Shown here: piece after piece, positions 14,016 to 27,464 of the stretch | How the letters are laid out: every line of letters begins with the position of its first letter | Numbering within the stretch: the first letter of the stretch is position 1 | Assembly (NCBI GenBank): GCA_013265495.1 | Contig: MU058423.1 | Location: 6,486,939-6,550,938, forward strand | Direction: 5' to 3' | Length of the DNA stretch: 64,000 nucleotides | Source of the DNA: Vicugna vicugna | Lineage: Eukaryota | The notes under the pieces: model-generated | Told to the model about the DNA's origin: nothing | What the model saw: the letters and a program-made list of their open reading frames with translations, nothing else | Databases searched by the model: none | Made by a program: the position numbers and the translations under genes

Positions 14016-14208
14016 TTAGTCCTTGAAAATTGAGTCCAATGAATTAAAATCTTTCTCTAGTTTTTCCCCAACTGACTGGCTTAAAAAACAATGAATGGCA
14101 TAAATACACAAAAGTTTTATTACTATATAACTGTCATACTGAAAATTAAATTTTGTCCTAATTTTAAAACTTAACCCATTAAAAGCATCACAGGCTTTTG
14201 AGAAGGAA
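14016..14208 (-). pseudogene. Terminal exon remnant Q: end of PXC and stop
   Basis: gttttctgtttcag|. Reads VPSQKPVMLLMG*VLKLGQNLIFSM / QLYSNKTFVYLC / IHCFLSQSVGEKLEKDFNSLDSIFKD* with two frameshifts. Matches the Nexin_C pattern IP....IG....G...F..Q...N(K/R)..Y..L..FL. Confidence 0.7.
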
Positions 14209-14503
14209 CTGAAACAGAAAACCACTAGTTTAGACATTTAACTGATAGAAACACCAAAAAAATAATCAACATTGACACTTAAAATAGTAAACCTTGGGAA
14301 GGGAAAATCCTTGAAATACTACAGGTTTGATGTCTGTTTTCTTCTAGATAAATTTTCTGATAACTGTCAAGATTTGAGTCTGGCAGGGGAAAAAAAAGAG
14401 CTAAGAAATACTTTAATCTTAGACTAATTTTAGAAATGGAAAATAATAATATACTGTAGAAAATTGGGTGGTAGGGGGAGGTAAATCAACAGAAAAAAAT
14501 TAC

Positions 14504-14639
14504 CTCTGTGCAACTACATTTTTATTTGTAAGTATTAATTTCTGTTTTTATAGTCTCTGAAAAAGAAGAATGCCCTTGGAGCACTGCAATTTGCACAAGT
14601 TAACTGGATTTTTTCAATACAGTATTCAGAGGACAGTGT
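14504..14639 (-). pseudogene. Exon remnant P: middle of PXC
   Basis: tttattttcaag| ... CAGAG|gtaatt, 136 nt. Reads TLSSEYCIEKIQL...KM*LHR and ends in phase 1, giving VP with exon Q. Confidence 0.55.
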
Positions 14640-14775
14640 CTTGAAAATAAATTTTTATTCAGAATAGGCATCTTCAAGTGGAAAATTAAAAGTATGTAAT
14701 TGAGATATAAAACTGTCATGAATAAATACACAAAAACACCCACAAAAAATTTAATCCTTTTTTGTGAATTTCTAC

Positions 14776-14976
14776 TTTAAAGATGAATATATACGAGTTT
14801 GAGCTGGACTAGTAGAGTATCTACATGTTTGGTCCAAATATCTAAATTTTTTTTAATTTACAAATTTTGTCATTTTCAGTTGCTCTAAAATACACTGAAT
14901 AGGTCCTGAGATAATTTCATGGAAGTGTAAAATAATTGACTTCTGTGTTTTAGACATGTTTGGGGAAGAATTTAAC
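14776..14976 (-). pseudogene. Exon remnant O: start of PXC/Nexin_C
   Basis: ttattctgttccattaag| reads LNSSPNMSKTQKSIILHFHEIISGPIQCILEQLKMTKFVN*, then frameshifted IFGP (compare KFLRLIFG of SNX19 as recalled). The donor is tentative. Confidence 0.5.
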
Positions 14977-15049
14977 CTTAATGGAACAGAATAACTAAAA
15001 CTAAAGGGAAAGACTGACATTATACCCACATTATCTAAGTACAGAAATC

Positions 15050-16940
15050 TCACTATAAATAAAAAGACCTAAATAATTTAAAAGGGTGGAAAATTATACG
15101 TCATGCTAACACTAATTGTTAAAAAATCCTCTAAAGGCTATATTATATCAGAAAAAATGAGGTTTTAGAAGGGAGTATATTATCATGGATAAGGAAATGC
15201 ATTTTATAATCATGAAAAGTAAATATAACAATCCTAAATGTTTGTGTATCTCATAACATAGCTTCAAAACACATGAAGCCAAAACTGACAAAACTGCAGG
15301 GTAAACAGATCGAGAATATAGTCAGAGATTTCAGTACTCTTTTTTCAATAATTAATAGGACAGAGAGAAATTCAGTAAGGGTATAAAAGAATTAATCTAC
15401 AATATGAACAGCTTGACCTAGTAGACATTTGTAGCACACATCACCTAACAATGGCAGAATACACATTCTTTACTAGCACAATGAACCATTTGCTAAAATA
15501 AATTATCTTCTGTTCTGGGCCATTAAGCATGCCTCCACAAACTGAAAATGATTGAAGTCCTATGAAATGTGTTCTCTGACATCAATGGAGTTAAATTACA
15601 AATCAATAACAAAAATAAATCTGGAAAATTCCTAAATACTTGGAAACTTAAAAAAAATCTATATAATCCATGAGTTAAAAAATAACTGAAAAAGAATTGA
15701 AAATATTTTGAGCTGAATGAAAATGAAAGCACAGCATATCAAAATATGGAGTCCGCAGCTAAAGTATTATATACAGAAAAACTTATAGCATCAAATACAG
15801 GTATTAGAAAAGAAGAAAGATCAGTAACCCAAATCAGTAACCTTAGGGTAATCTTAGAAACTAGAAAAAGAATAGCAAATAAAGCCCAAAATAATCAGAA
15901 TGAAGGAAACAAAATGAGCAGAAATCAATGAAACAGAACATAAATAACTGTAGAGAAGAATCAGTGAAACCAAAATCTGGTTCTTGCAGAAGATCAATAA
16001 AATTGATAAAACTCTAACCATACTAATCCCAAAGTGATGTACAAAGACACAAATAACCAATATCAGGAATGAGAGGTTATCACTCCAGATGCTACAAATA
16101 TTAAATAGACAATAAAAGAATGTTATGAATTTCTTTATAATAAAAAATTTGACAACTGAGATAAAATGGACAAAGTACTTGAAAGATACAAGCTACCAAA
16201 GCTTACTCAAGAAGAAATAAATTACCTGACTAGCCCTATGACTGTTAAATAAATTGAATGTATTATACCTTCCTACAAAGACATTCCAGGCTCCGATGGC
16301 TTTGTTGCAGAATTTTACCAAACATTTAGAAATAATACCAATTCTAGACAAACTCTTTCATAAAACTGAGGAGGAGGGAAAACATCTCATTCCATTACAA
16401 GAAAAGAAAACTACAGGCCAATACTCACTACCATAGATAGACTATGCTTAAAATTTTGGCAAAGTAAATCCAACAACATATAAAAAATGTATTATAAGCA
16501 AGAGAGACTTTCCAGGATACAAGATTTTTCTAACATTTAAAAATCAATCAATGCAATTAAAGCACTAAAACTAACAGAAGAAAGTATTTGTGACTTTGGA
16601 TTAAGCAAAGTATCTTAATTATGACACCTAGAGCATGGTCCATAGAACATAATTTGATAAATTGGATTTTATCAAAATTAAGAAGTTTGGCTATTTAAAA
16701 GGATAAAAAATATAGGGTAATAGATTATCCCTAGGGTAACAGAGGATGAAATGACAAGAGGTAAAGTGACAAGAGGTAAAATGACAAGCTACAGACTTGT
16801 TGGGAAATCACGTAACTGATAAAGGACTTATATCAAGAAGATCTAAATGTAAAAATAAGAAAAATCTAAAATATAAGAATGAGAATCTAAAAATAAGAAC
16901 AAATAGCCTATTTTTTAAAAGGGAAAATGATTCTGAATAA
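15050..16940 (+). mobile_element. Old L1 ORF2 fragment
   Basis: ORF2 remnants (tctgacatcaatggagttaaattacaaatcaataac, aagatcaataaaattgataaa). Confidence 0.85.
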
Positions 16941-17821
16941 ATAAAAGCAGCCACCTGATACCCGGGAAGCATGTCTGGTGCTATCACCCAAGCCCTGGGT
17001 TTGCTAGGAGCTTCCTTTCATTTACAAACAGGTGTTGGTGTTTTTTGTTGAACATAAATAAAGTCACAGTTATTCAGACAAGTACCCTGTGTGACCACAA
17101 TGGATCAGGACAAAAGCAACTTAAATCCTCAGACATATCTGAATGTGGTGAGAAACACAAACATTGTTCAAATCACAAAAATGACTAAACTTCTTCCTGT
17201 TGCAGCTAATACATGTGACTACTGCTTCTTTACCAATTACAGATTTAAACTTGTCTCATTCATCCTGAATTATGTACAAAAATTCTTTAGATACCCAGAG
17301 ACTTGCTTGCCCCTACTTGCCCTTATTTTATTTATTATTAAAAAATAATTACCTTAGTACCCATAAAAATTGTTAAGAGAGATTGTTTGTAAACACAAAA
17401 TCTCCACATTTCCTTTCTAATTTTATGAAAAATTTGAGAAATTATACATATTACTTAGAGTAGGGTAAAATATTAAAAAGTTCAAACGCAATAGACAAAT
17501 TTCTTACTCACAGACAGACAGGACCATTCAAGATGCTCGTGGCTCTGCCAACATCAAATGGGACCTTTGGATGTCCTGTTGGGTGTTTTTATTATGTTCA
17601 GCTGAAAGGAAAAAAAAAAGTGTGGAGGATCACATATAGGAAATGTTTTGCACCATGCCATGGAATTCTATATGTCACTTCACTCATACACTACTGGGTA
17701 GAATGCTGTTTCATACTCATCTTTAACTGCAAGCAAGTCTGAGAAATGAATCATGCTATTAACCAAAACTTACAAGAAATGGGTTGTCCTTATCAACTCA
17801 GAACACTAGGTATGCTATGGA

Positions 17822-18895
17822 ATTTTTTTTTAATTTAACTATAATATATATGCATAATTGTACATGAAACATAAGTAAGGTTTAAAAATAGAGTTAAAGG
17901 GAATACTCATATCATCACCACCCACCCAAGTTAAAAAACAAAAGCAATGCCAGCTATGCCTTCTGTTTATTCCTTCTAACTGCAGCATTCTCCCTTCCCA
18001 CATAGGTAAACATTACATGGGCTCCTACTGTAATGTTTCCTTTGTTTATTTTAAACATGGTAATGCCTATGAATATTCTAAGCAATATAGCTTTGCTCAG
18101 TTTTGAACTTTACATAAACAGCGTCACATATATATTATTTTATGCTTATTTTTCTCTAATTATTTTTATTTTTATGAGATTCATGCATATTTTAGTGAGC
18201 AGTTGTCATTCACTCATCTGCATCTCTGTGTTCCATGTTATATTAAGAATATAGCCAATTTTACTTCATTCTATTGGTCAACTGTGCCTCTGGTTTGGAA
18301 CAATTATAAACAAAGTGGCTACAAACTTTTGTACCTGCATTCTGGTGCATGATGGAAAAGTTTCCCTACCCAGGAAGGGAAGCAATGATCCGTATGTTAT
18401 ATTTACATTAAACTTTACTAAATAATGCCAGACTAGTCTTCCAAAGTAGTTGTAACACCATATGCTCCCATCATGGTATGAAAATTGCTCTTTTGCCACA
18501 TCCTTGACAGCAGTATCATTAGGTTTTCTTTTTAATATTTGTAGATCTAGTGAATGTATAATTATACCCTGTGTTGTTTCAGTGTGGACTTCCCTGATTA
18601 TGTGTATGTTTTTCTGATGATCAGTGAAGATGAGTATCATTTGATATGCTTATGGACCATATGGAGTTCCTTTTTATTCAAGTGCTTATAGAAATGTTCT
18701 ATGATTTTTCCAGTGGATTTTCTTTTTCTCATTAATGTGCAGGAATCCATTATATATTGTGGGATTTTTTGTCAGTGATATATACTGTGAATATTTTCTC
18801 ATTCAGTGATGTGTTTTTAATTTATCTTTTAATTTTCTTATAGTGTCTTTTGATGAACAGAATTTTTATTTTTAATGCAGTCAAGCTCATTTATT
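17822..18895 (-). mobile_element. Ancient L1 (L1ME-like) 3' portion
   Basis: Track ORF 18278-18640 resembles the ORF2 C-terminus. The T-rich tail end is near 17825. Confidence 0.7.
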
Positions 18896-21626
18896 GCTTA
18901 ATCAGTAGTAATCTTCTGAGCTCTTTTCCATTCCATTTGATGCTACTGAATTATTCCAGATCTATGGTAATTTTTGACAATGAATACGGCAAGCCCAACC
19001 AACCTTTTATTTTCTGAAGTTTGCTGGCTTTGTATTAATTCTTAACTGCCAAAGCTCTTACTCTCAGGCAACACTTTTTGGATTCTTCACAGGTACCTAT
19101 CAGTAATTTTCCCTGCAACATTATCTGGCACAATTATCCGACTGGTTGCCTGTGACTCCTCTCACTGTTCCTTCACAGAGCACTATTCCTTGCCCCAGCA
19201 GTTCTGAAATTACGGGTAGGGTCCATTCAAGATGATTCATGCTCAAACATCCAAACACTTTCATAATATTTACTCTAGCCCATGAGAAAATATAGCATTT
19301 TTTCTGCCAAACTCTTGAAGGTTGAGTCTTCCCTCTTGTTCTATTATCAGGGGAAGTTTTAACCATTTATGTCCTTTAGACTTTTCTACGGGGGGTCCAG
19401 GCTCAGTTGTAGGCTTCTGTTTCCTCTGAATTCCAGAGGACAGACTTCTCAGAGCCATTCTCTTCAAATCCCTCTTGCCCCATTTGTTTGGAGATGAAGG
19501 TCAGGTTGAGGAGTGGAAAAAATGGACACACACCTCTAAACTCATAGCATTCCAACCAAACTCCCCCAAGAAATTCTCACTATCAGTCTTTCTTCTTGGT
19601 TAGTCTCTCTCCCCTTATGTAACCTGGAGGTGGGTGTAGGGCTGCTGATCTCAGAATCAGTTTAGGGACATTCAGATAACAGATTATCTGGGACTTCTCT
19701 TTGGAGCCTCCATCCAACATCTCAAGGCACAAAAGGTCACATTTAGCAGTATGTTTCTCAGTAACATTTGAAATATTTAATCAAAACCATTAACATATTA
19801 CTTCATATATAGTCAAATAAAACCAGTTAAGTCTATAAGAGGTCTTAAGACATAATGTTCAAGATAAACATGTTTAATATAAACATGAAAATATCATATC
19901 CACCAATGTGAACCAGTTCATTTCATTTTAATTACAGAAAAAAACAGGTGACACTCTTTGGCTAACTACATAGCCAGCTATCAAGTAACAGGGAGTATGA
20001 AACACTTGACAATCAAAATAGCTTTTGTACAAATGACCTAAAATATCTGTTTTGTAGCACAGCTGTATCATCCAGCTAGATTAAAGTAACTGGAAATCTA
20101 TGTTTTTCTTAGTGTCATCACTTCTTTACCAGCCAGTTTTCCATCATTCTTCAAATAGGACATGACCCTTTTATAACCCCATAACTCTGAATATCCCTCT
20201 GCCCGAAAGTCTGTTTTTATTCCTTATTTACTACATGTTGAATTTAGATCAACCATAAATGTGATGACTTCTATTAACCGCATCTCAACTCGCTAAAGAA
20301 GGGTTATCTACCTTACAGCTGATGTCACAGCCTTAAATTCATTACCTATTATAGCACATTACAGATCATTAATTATAACAATTTGTTTGTTTCCTGTATT
20401 AAACATGAATTATACCCTCCCCAGAGCAAAGCTCCTGAAATATAATTTATTCTTTAATAAATATTTGATAAATAAATGACAGCATCATATCTCCTCTACT
20501 TGAAGGTCAGAGTTAGGGAGACTGATACCAGGTTTTCAGTTCAGGGTCAGGCAGTATAAGACACTTACAGAAGCTGAACGTGTGCGAAACCAGAGAATAC
20601 TGAGGAGTTCATTATAATTTGTGACTTCAGGTGGCAAGAAAGGAAAGGTGCCTGCAGGTTATACCCAGTGATATGGTTTATAGTAGATAAAGACAAGAAT
20701 GTAAGGAAACAAAGAAGACATATCAAGAGCCAAATAGTTCTCATGGAGAAGCAAAGCAATAGGCACTGCTATTTTGGATTCAACGGCAATTGTAGTGGAT
20801 CAGCAGTAATTTCACTAACTCAGCAGTGGCTCTGGTAACCCAACCCATTTGTCAAGTGGACACCTAGTGCTTACTACTCTAGTGACTTCACAACCCAGCT
20901 CCTCTTACCTCTGACTTTTCTAAATCTGCTGCTATATATAGACTTCCTCTGCTTCAACTGTTGGTTTTGTTTTTTTTCTTTTAATCTGCTTCTGCATTGC
21001 CTGTGTTCTTTTTGTGTACTTAAACTCTAAATTTTTTTAGATTGTATTTTACTGGATTTTTTTCTAATAGGTAGAATACTTTATATCAGGTCACCTTTTA
21101 TGCTACTGGACTTCTTGCGCCTTGCCTGTAGATGGTTCTCTACCACATTATCATTGTTAATTCAGTGTTGGTGAGACACTAAGAAGGCAAAATAAAGAAA
21201 TAAAATGCCTATGTCTGCATGTTTCAGAAAGAATTATTGAGCATAGCATACAAACCTCCTGTAACATCCAGTAGCATGAAGAGGCACTAAAAACATCAAG
21301 AATAAAAATGCAAACGAGTTCCATGGTCAAGTCCAAAGGGAGTGACTGAACTTGTGTACAATCCAAAGCCAGATCTAAAGACCCAAAATAATTTGGAAAC
21401 AAGGAAGGATCTGAATAGGAGCAAAATAAAGGGTCATCAAAAATTTAATGGGAGGTAGAAAGAGCACACTTTTACTGATGTCCAGGAACAAAAAGCTTGA
21501 GCGTATGAGGCACAAGACTTGAGAAAACTGTGTTTATAGTATAATTTCTGAGTGTTGTGTGTACTCATTACATCTGAGATGTCATTGTTGCTTGATCTCA
21601 GTTAATAGCTCTAGGAAGTGTATGAG

Positions 21627-21647
21627 TGTGTGTGTGTGTGTGTGTGT
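21627..21647. repeat. (TG)n microsatellite
   Basis: Direct reading. Confidence 0.9.
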
Positions 21648-21925
21648 ATACATATGTAGGGAAAGTAAGTTCATATTCATATGTCCAATTCAAATGTAAT
21701 ATTATATATTTAAGGTATTTGGTATTGTATTTTTCTTTTACTCTTATGTTAAAGACACTAATTCCTACTCAAATAAAGTTGTTTAGTTAATATGTTTTAT
21801 CATTAATTTATAGAGTAAAGTTTAAGATTTCTTTGTGGCTCTTCTTTTTCTAAAAATACATTCTCCCTAAGATGTACAGAAATCTGCATTCAAAAGTCAC
21901 ATTAATTATCTTATCTGTAATATTA

Positions 21926-22430
21926 TTGTTTAGTTATCAATTGTTGCATTGCAGATGACCCCTAAATTAATAGCTTAATAAAAAAAATTTACTTTGCCCA
22001 TAAATCTACTTGTTTATTTTCCATGCAGTATCAACTGAGGTGACTCAAAGGACAGATGGGCACTGAATTCTTATCGAGGCCTGATCACTTCATTTCTGAC
22101 TGTTGATGTTACCTGAGACACTTACAAGTGGTCTCTGCATTTGTTGCTTGGTTTTCTCATGAAAAGTTTTTTTTCATGATGGCTCTTAAATGCTGAATTT
22201 CTTACATGATGGCTCAGGCTTCTATAGTGCACGTCTGGGGACACAGAGAACTAGATGGAGGTTGTGACAATTCTTACGATTTAGCCCTTTCCTCCATATT
22301 CTGTTTGTTAGAAGCAAGTGACTAAGACCAGCCCACATTCAAAAGAAAGGTAATTAGACTCTACATTTTGAAGGCAGGAGTTTCAAAAAATTTTCAAAAA
22401 TTTGTAAACTTGTTTTAAGACAGCTATGTT
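21926..22430 (-). mobile_element. MaLR LTR (MLT1-type)
   Basis: tgtttagttatcaattgttgc...gaagcaagtgactaagaccagcccacattcaa. Confidence 0.75.
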
Positions 22431-22719
22431 ACCAATCTGATAAAGTTAAATTCATTTCTTTCTACTTTTTTTCAATTTTAGGTTTCCTTTCTTCTGTACC
22501 TTTAATTTCAGTTTTTAAATATAGTGCACAAATACCAAGGCTTTATATTTACTCAGAAAATCTTTCTCCCATGACTACACCTTACACCGTATTTTACACA
22601 CTTTTCTTTACAGTTTTCATTTTTGCATAAATAAGAAAACATTTATCTATAAAAATTCCCATTTATCTACTTTCCTTATGCAAAAAATTATATTATATAT
22701 CATATACCTTTTTGAAGAA

Positions 22720-23790
22720 GTTATTTATTTCAAGACCAGATAAGGGAAAATCCAAGGTAAACCTAGGCCACTGTTGTGCCAAAGCAAGGACGGACTTGGG
22801 GACTAATGGGAGAGGGTCAAAAGAAATAAGACACAATAGGGAGGAATTTTTAACAGCCACATATAAGACAATTTGTGCATCAAGTAATAATAATCATATT
22901 AGTAATAATTATAAAATAGTACATAAACAAGAATATTTGCATCCATAGTGATAATTGTTATAAAAAGAAAAACTAAAAGTTATAAGCCACCATTATAAGC
23001 AACTATCATAACTTTTCTTTTTTGTGAAAATTGGTATAGGAAAATAATTAAGGATTTAGTCACCTTCTGAGACAGAAAGCATTGACAGATACATTTGTAA
23101 AGGATGGGCAATGGATATTCAGACAGTGCCCAAAGGATGAAAATTTGCACCAATTACAGTGAGGCAACCTGACTTACGTACCTACTGGTGAAGTGCTAAC
23201 ATCAACTATATAGGCACTCTTGCCAAAAATATTAACCTGAATCTAATCAAAGCTTTAGTTGTACTTCCTTTTAGAAAAAACATATAGTGGATAGAGAAAC
23301 AAGTGAGATGATTTCACGAGGAAACCATGCGGCACATCCAGAATGTGGGACGGTCTAGCCTTATCAGTCATATTTTTTCAAAGTAGTCAATGTCATAATT
23401 AACAGAAAATTTGGAGAAATAAAACTAAATGAAATGAATAAAATGTGGTTGGGTACTGGTTCAAAACAATACTATATACGACAGTTTGACAAGAAAACAA
23501 TAGGCAGGGTATCAGGAAAGCGCTGATTTCTGTGTCTGTGATAGTGAAAGCATGGTTATGTTAAATGGTCTTATTTTGGAAAATGTGTGTTGGAATCTCA
23601 GAGGATCAAAGGTTTTGATTTCTGTAACTAATTTTTAAGGGATCATCAAGATAGATGAGAGAGAGAGAGAGAGAAAGAATGTCAATAGTTGTCAAATAAG
23701 GAAGTGATAGGCAGAGAGAAGTGTATTATATCATTCATTCGTTTTCCTGTATGTTTGAAATTCTGCGTAACAAAGTTGAAAGAAAAAAAG
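22720..23790 (+). mobile_element. L1MC-type 3'UTR fragment
   Basis: tgtgccaaagcaagga...gggactaatgggaga; aacctgaatctaatcaa; tgtatgtttgaaatt. Confidence 0.7.
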
Positions 23791-23934
23791 GACAAACTTA
23801 AGGAAAAAGGACTAAACTGGATGTTTCCTATGACAAATTTTATAAAGATTGTTTTCTGTTATTTAAGACATAGTATCTATACATATGGAAAGAAATAAAA
23901 AATATAAAGTTATTATGATTTTATCATGTCTTAC

Positions 23935-24496
23935 TGAGTTGGAATCATTCCGTTAGTCTCTGTAAATATTGAACAGCTGTTGTCTGTTCAAGATGTTGCC
24001 AGAATTATGGCATTAATGGCTCCACAATTCTCTGAATTCCTTAGATGAGAGGTGCTATGCAATTGAAATGCATTATTGTAATTGTAATCATCATTATTAA
24101 CCTTGGATGGTACCTTGTGTTTGAAAGTGCTTGGTAACCATTTTTATTAGTCATTATTAACATATTTTTTAGAGTGCACTTCAGACTGATTAATCATATT
24201 TCTGACCTGACTATTCAATTTATGTTCAGGATTTGCCTCTATGTTCAGTTACAATTTATTGTTTTAAGCCTTCCATTTACTTTCTAGACCCAGAGATTTT
24301 CAAAAGTTATCTCTGAGATCAAAGTACTTTCAAGTAATTCCATTTTGTTCTTTAATGGATTTTTGAAGATAGAGTTATTATTTTTACATGAAGCAATGGT
24401 CCTTTAGAGGTTATACACTTCTGTTTGTGAAGAAAATTACCAAATTGTATTCGCATTTTATTCATATCTTTCAAATTCCTTGACTTTTTTGCTATC
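23935..24496 (-). pseudogene. Exon remnant N: PX-PXC linker
   Basis: accaccttaag| ... ACTCA|gtaaga. Coding-like interrupted frame (DSKKVKEFERYE*...KNPLKNKMELLESTL...). Ends in phase 2, matching exon O. Confidence 0.45.
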
Positions 24497-24574
24497 CTTA
24501 AGGTGGTAGATCTAGTTTATTCATTTATTCTTAATTCCTTGATTATTACACAGTCAAAAAATAAAAGATCTTAT

Positions 24575-24780
24575 CTTTGGTGTAAAAGAGTCGGGTGTGA
24601 TTCCTAAACCCACCATTACCTGACCGTGCTCTGTTAATCAGCCTTGATGGGTCTCAGCTTTCTTATTGATAAAAAAGAGAAAATCTTTGCTTCATAATTT
24701 GTTTTGATTATTTAAGGAAGTATCCATTATAAATTACTGTTACACTATCTAACACATGATAAACGCTTAATAATTAGTGC
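24575..24780 (+). mobile_element. MIR SINE
   Basis: ggtctcagctttcttattgataaaaa...cacatgataaacgcttaataa. Confidence 0.55.
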
Positions 24781-25794
24781 AAAAACAATTTATCATATTT
24801 ATAGTTTTTTCGTCCAAATTTGTGATACGGTGATCTTTCTACACTGAAAATGTGAGAATATCACTTTTATTAATTAAAACTAATAAATCCCATTTCTTTT
24901 TTGTATACTACAGAAGGTCTCTGTGGTCCTATGTGAAACTCATATCCCACCATTTCTGCACGTAGTCACTTATTTCCAAAGTTTTCTGAACTATATGGAA
25001 CTAAATAATACCGGCAACCCTCTTGAGCAGTCACCCATTTTCCTAAGCACTAAATATCTTGTAAAAGCTTTACATGCCAGGTGTACAGAACTGACAAAAT
25101 GTCCCTTGCAAAACCCTATTTATCCAGCAAAGTTTAACTTAAATATCATCCTTCAGCAATGGCTTTCCCTGGTCATTTCTTTCTTCATTGTGCTCTCATG
25201 GCAATTTAACTCCTTTTCAGCCCTTGAATTTCTTTGAATATGTGTCTCTCTTCTCCTTTCCCACTCTCTTCCCTTGACTAGAGCTCCTCAATGACAATAT
25301 TATGTCAAACTTAATTCACCAAATGAAGACGCTGTCGATACCTAAGTTTCTCAGAATTTATCTAAAGGGTATAATTTAAATATCATCACTAGTCTCCAAT
25401 TGTCTCAAAATATCTGTTTTATCATCATGAGATGATGGTAGTTTTTTTCTATGTTACCTAGAATTTCTAATAATGACCCTACTAACAACAATGAGGGTAT
25501 TTTCTTATTAGGACCATGCTTAAAAATGTTCTACATGGTGTTGAAAGATCTATTTTATTTTTTACTTTTTTTCCAGTCACAAATTAGTTTATCAGATTAG
25601 CTAATTGTGACCTTAGAAGATGTAGAGAAATTTTCTATTTGGAACAAGTTATAGAGCAAATAATTATTTAATTGGGGGTAAAGAACTATAAGAGGAAATA
25701 CACTGTGTACAGCAAGCTAAAGGACTCCTCAGGGCTGTGGGTCAATGTTTATAAAAAGCTCATGTTTTTATATTACATAGTGAGTTTTCACTAT

Positions 25795-26040
25795 GTACAG
25801 CATAGTGATTACAAGCATGGGCTTTGGAGTAAACTAGTCTAGATTAAATTTCCATGTCTAATGTTTACTAGACCTGTAACTTGAGACAATGTAACTAACA
25901 TATGATTGTCAGTTTTCTCACCTACAATGTGTGTGTAAAAAGACATCATTCTTATATAATTGTTGTGAGAGTTAAATAAGATGTGCAAAGTATTCACCAC
26001 TGAGGCAGGCACATGGTAAGAGTTCAATCATAATAGGTAT
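25795..26040 (+). mobile_element. MIR SINE, near full length
   Basis: gcatagtgattacaagcatgggctttggag...ggcacatggtaagagttcaat. Confidence 0.8.
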
Positions 26041-26104
26041 AAGTAATAATATAATTATTCTTATCTCTCCATGAAAAATTTATAAAGCCAGTGTGATTCC
26101 TTAC

Positions 26105-26304
26105 AGGTAATGATATCAAATCTCAAGAAATGTTAATGACTTGCCGATAACATAAAGCTGATATTAATTGAAGAACGTACGATTCAAAAGTAAGCTTTCT
26201 GGTTCTCTCTACTGTACTCCCTACAAAACCCCATGTTGCTTCTAGCTTGTGAAAGTCTGAGGCAAGGGATGGATGATCATTAGTAGGTTCCCAAGGCCAA
26301 GCAT
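26105..26304 (-). pseudogene. Exon remnant M: second half of PX domain
   Basis: Strong acceptor ttctttcctttcttctcttttcag| and donor ACCT|gtaagg. Reads AWPWEPTNDHPSLASDFHKLEATWGFVGSTVERTRKLTFESYVLQLIS, like the PX helix VE.RK..LE.(F/Y)L.QL. Confidence 0.7.
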
Positions 26305-27258
26305 CTGAAAAGAGAAGAAAGGAAAGAATAACTCTAAAACAAAGTAAATGTTTCCTGGATGTGCCCTTTCTGGTATTATCTAAACACTGATACAACCTAA
26401 AAAACACCAATTGTAGGGAAAAATGTGGAAAGACAAAAAAAAATTAAGTTAATTTTTTCTAATAATTTATGTGTCAGTTAAGAAATAACAAAGCTCAAAT
26501 AATGTATTAATAGAGTAAATTCAAACTGCAGAGGTAGCATCCCTGAAACTGCTCCTATAAATTGAATAAAAAATTTTGAGTTGACATATAATAAAAGATT
26601 TTATGAAAAAAAAATTTTAACCAAATTTCCAAACTGTTATAGGAAAAGAGGAAACAATAAGGGAGAATATTCTAAGGAATGTGACTTTTCTTCCACTTTC
26701 TTTTTTACCTTGGGTCATTACCATTTTCCTTCCAATCATCTATCTTTATTCACATACTGTCATTTTTCACAGTTGCTTCTTAAGTCCTAGCAACACATAT
26801 CCTATTCATTTTATTTTCTTAGCTATGAAGACAGGTGATAAAATCCTTTCAGAAATGGCCAGATCACTCTTTTCAAAAAGAACCAATTACAACAGTCACT
26901 TTCAATATACTAGCTAAATACATTTATTGATACTACAGTGTAACAAGAATATTTTGTAGGTGTATAGGTTTCCATTTCAGCTGAGAACATTTAGGCACTG
27001 TATAATGAGTAGCTTATTAACTTGCAATGTTTCTTATGATGAAAAAGTAGGAAAATTATTATCTCAAATTTTCAAGTTTGATAATAAAGAGAAGAGAATA
27101 AATTACTTGCCCCCAGTCAAAGCATGAATCAGTAGAGAGCCACTCAGATAATCTCAGATATAGTAAGCCTACAAATAGTGAGAAACCTTAGGAGAAAAAT
27201 ACGAATAATTTGGCATAACACATCACTCTATTAAATTATGCTAATTTACAACAATTAC

Positions 27259-27460
27259 TTTAACATCCTATTTTAAAGCAAATTGCAAAAATTCTGTGCA
27301 ATTTACTAATTTCCTTTTCTATCTTCTACTTAGGATTTTGTTGAAGAAAGGAAGAATCCTTTTGCTGCATTCAAAAATGTTGCTCTCTTAACTCCATATT
27401 TAATATGGCTTTTGTGAATATTTTCTTTGAGTAATCTTAAATTCAAGTCAATCTGATTAA
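27259..27460 (-). pseudogene. Exon remnant L: first half of PX domain
   Basis: ctaaccag| ... TAAA|gtaatt. Reads VNQIDLNLRLLKENIHKSHIKYGVK, then after a frameshift NPK*KIEKEISKLHRIF, resembling PX Y.I.V ... W.V.RR.SEF..LHR.L. Confidence 0.55.
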
Positions 27461-27464
27461 CTGG

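Noticed and set aside
25320..25458. Possible extra minus-strand exon (KLPSSHDDKTDILRQLETSDD)
   Set aside because: Weak acceptor and ambiguous donor and phase. Not listed as a feature, though worth testing with the others.
27335..27418. Plus-strand acceptor followed by DFVEERKNPF..., superficially PX-like
   Set aside because: It stops after about 27 codons, has no partner plus-strand exons and overlaps the better-supported minus-strand exon L.
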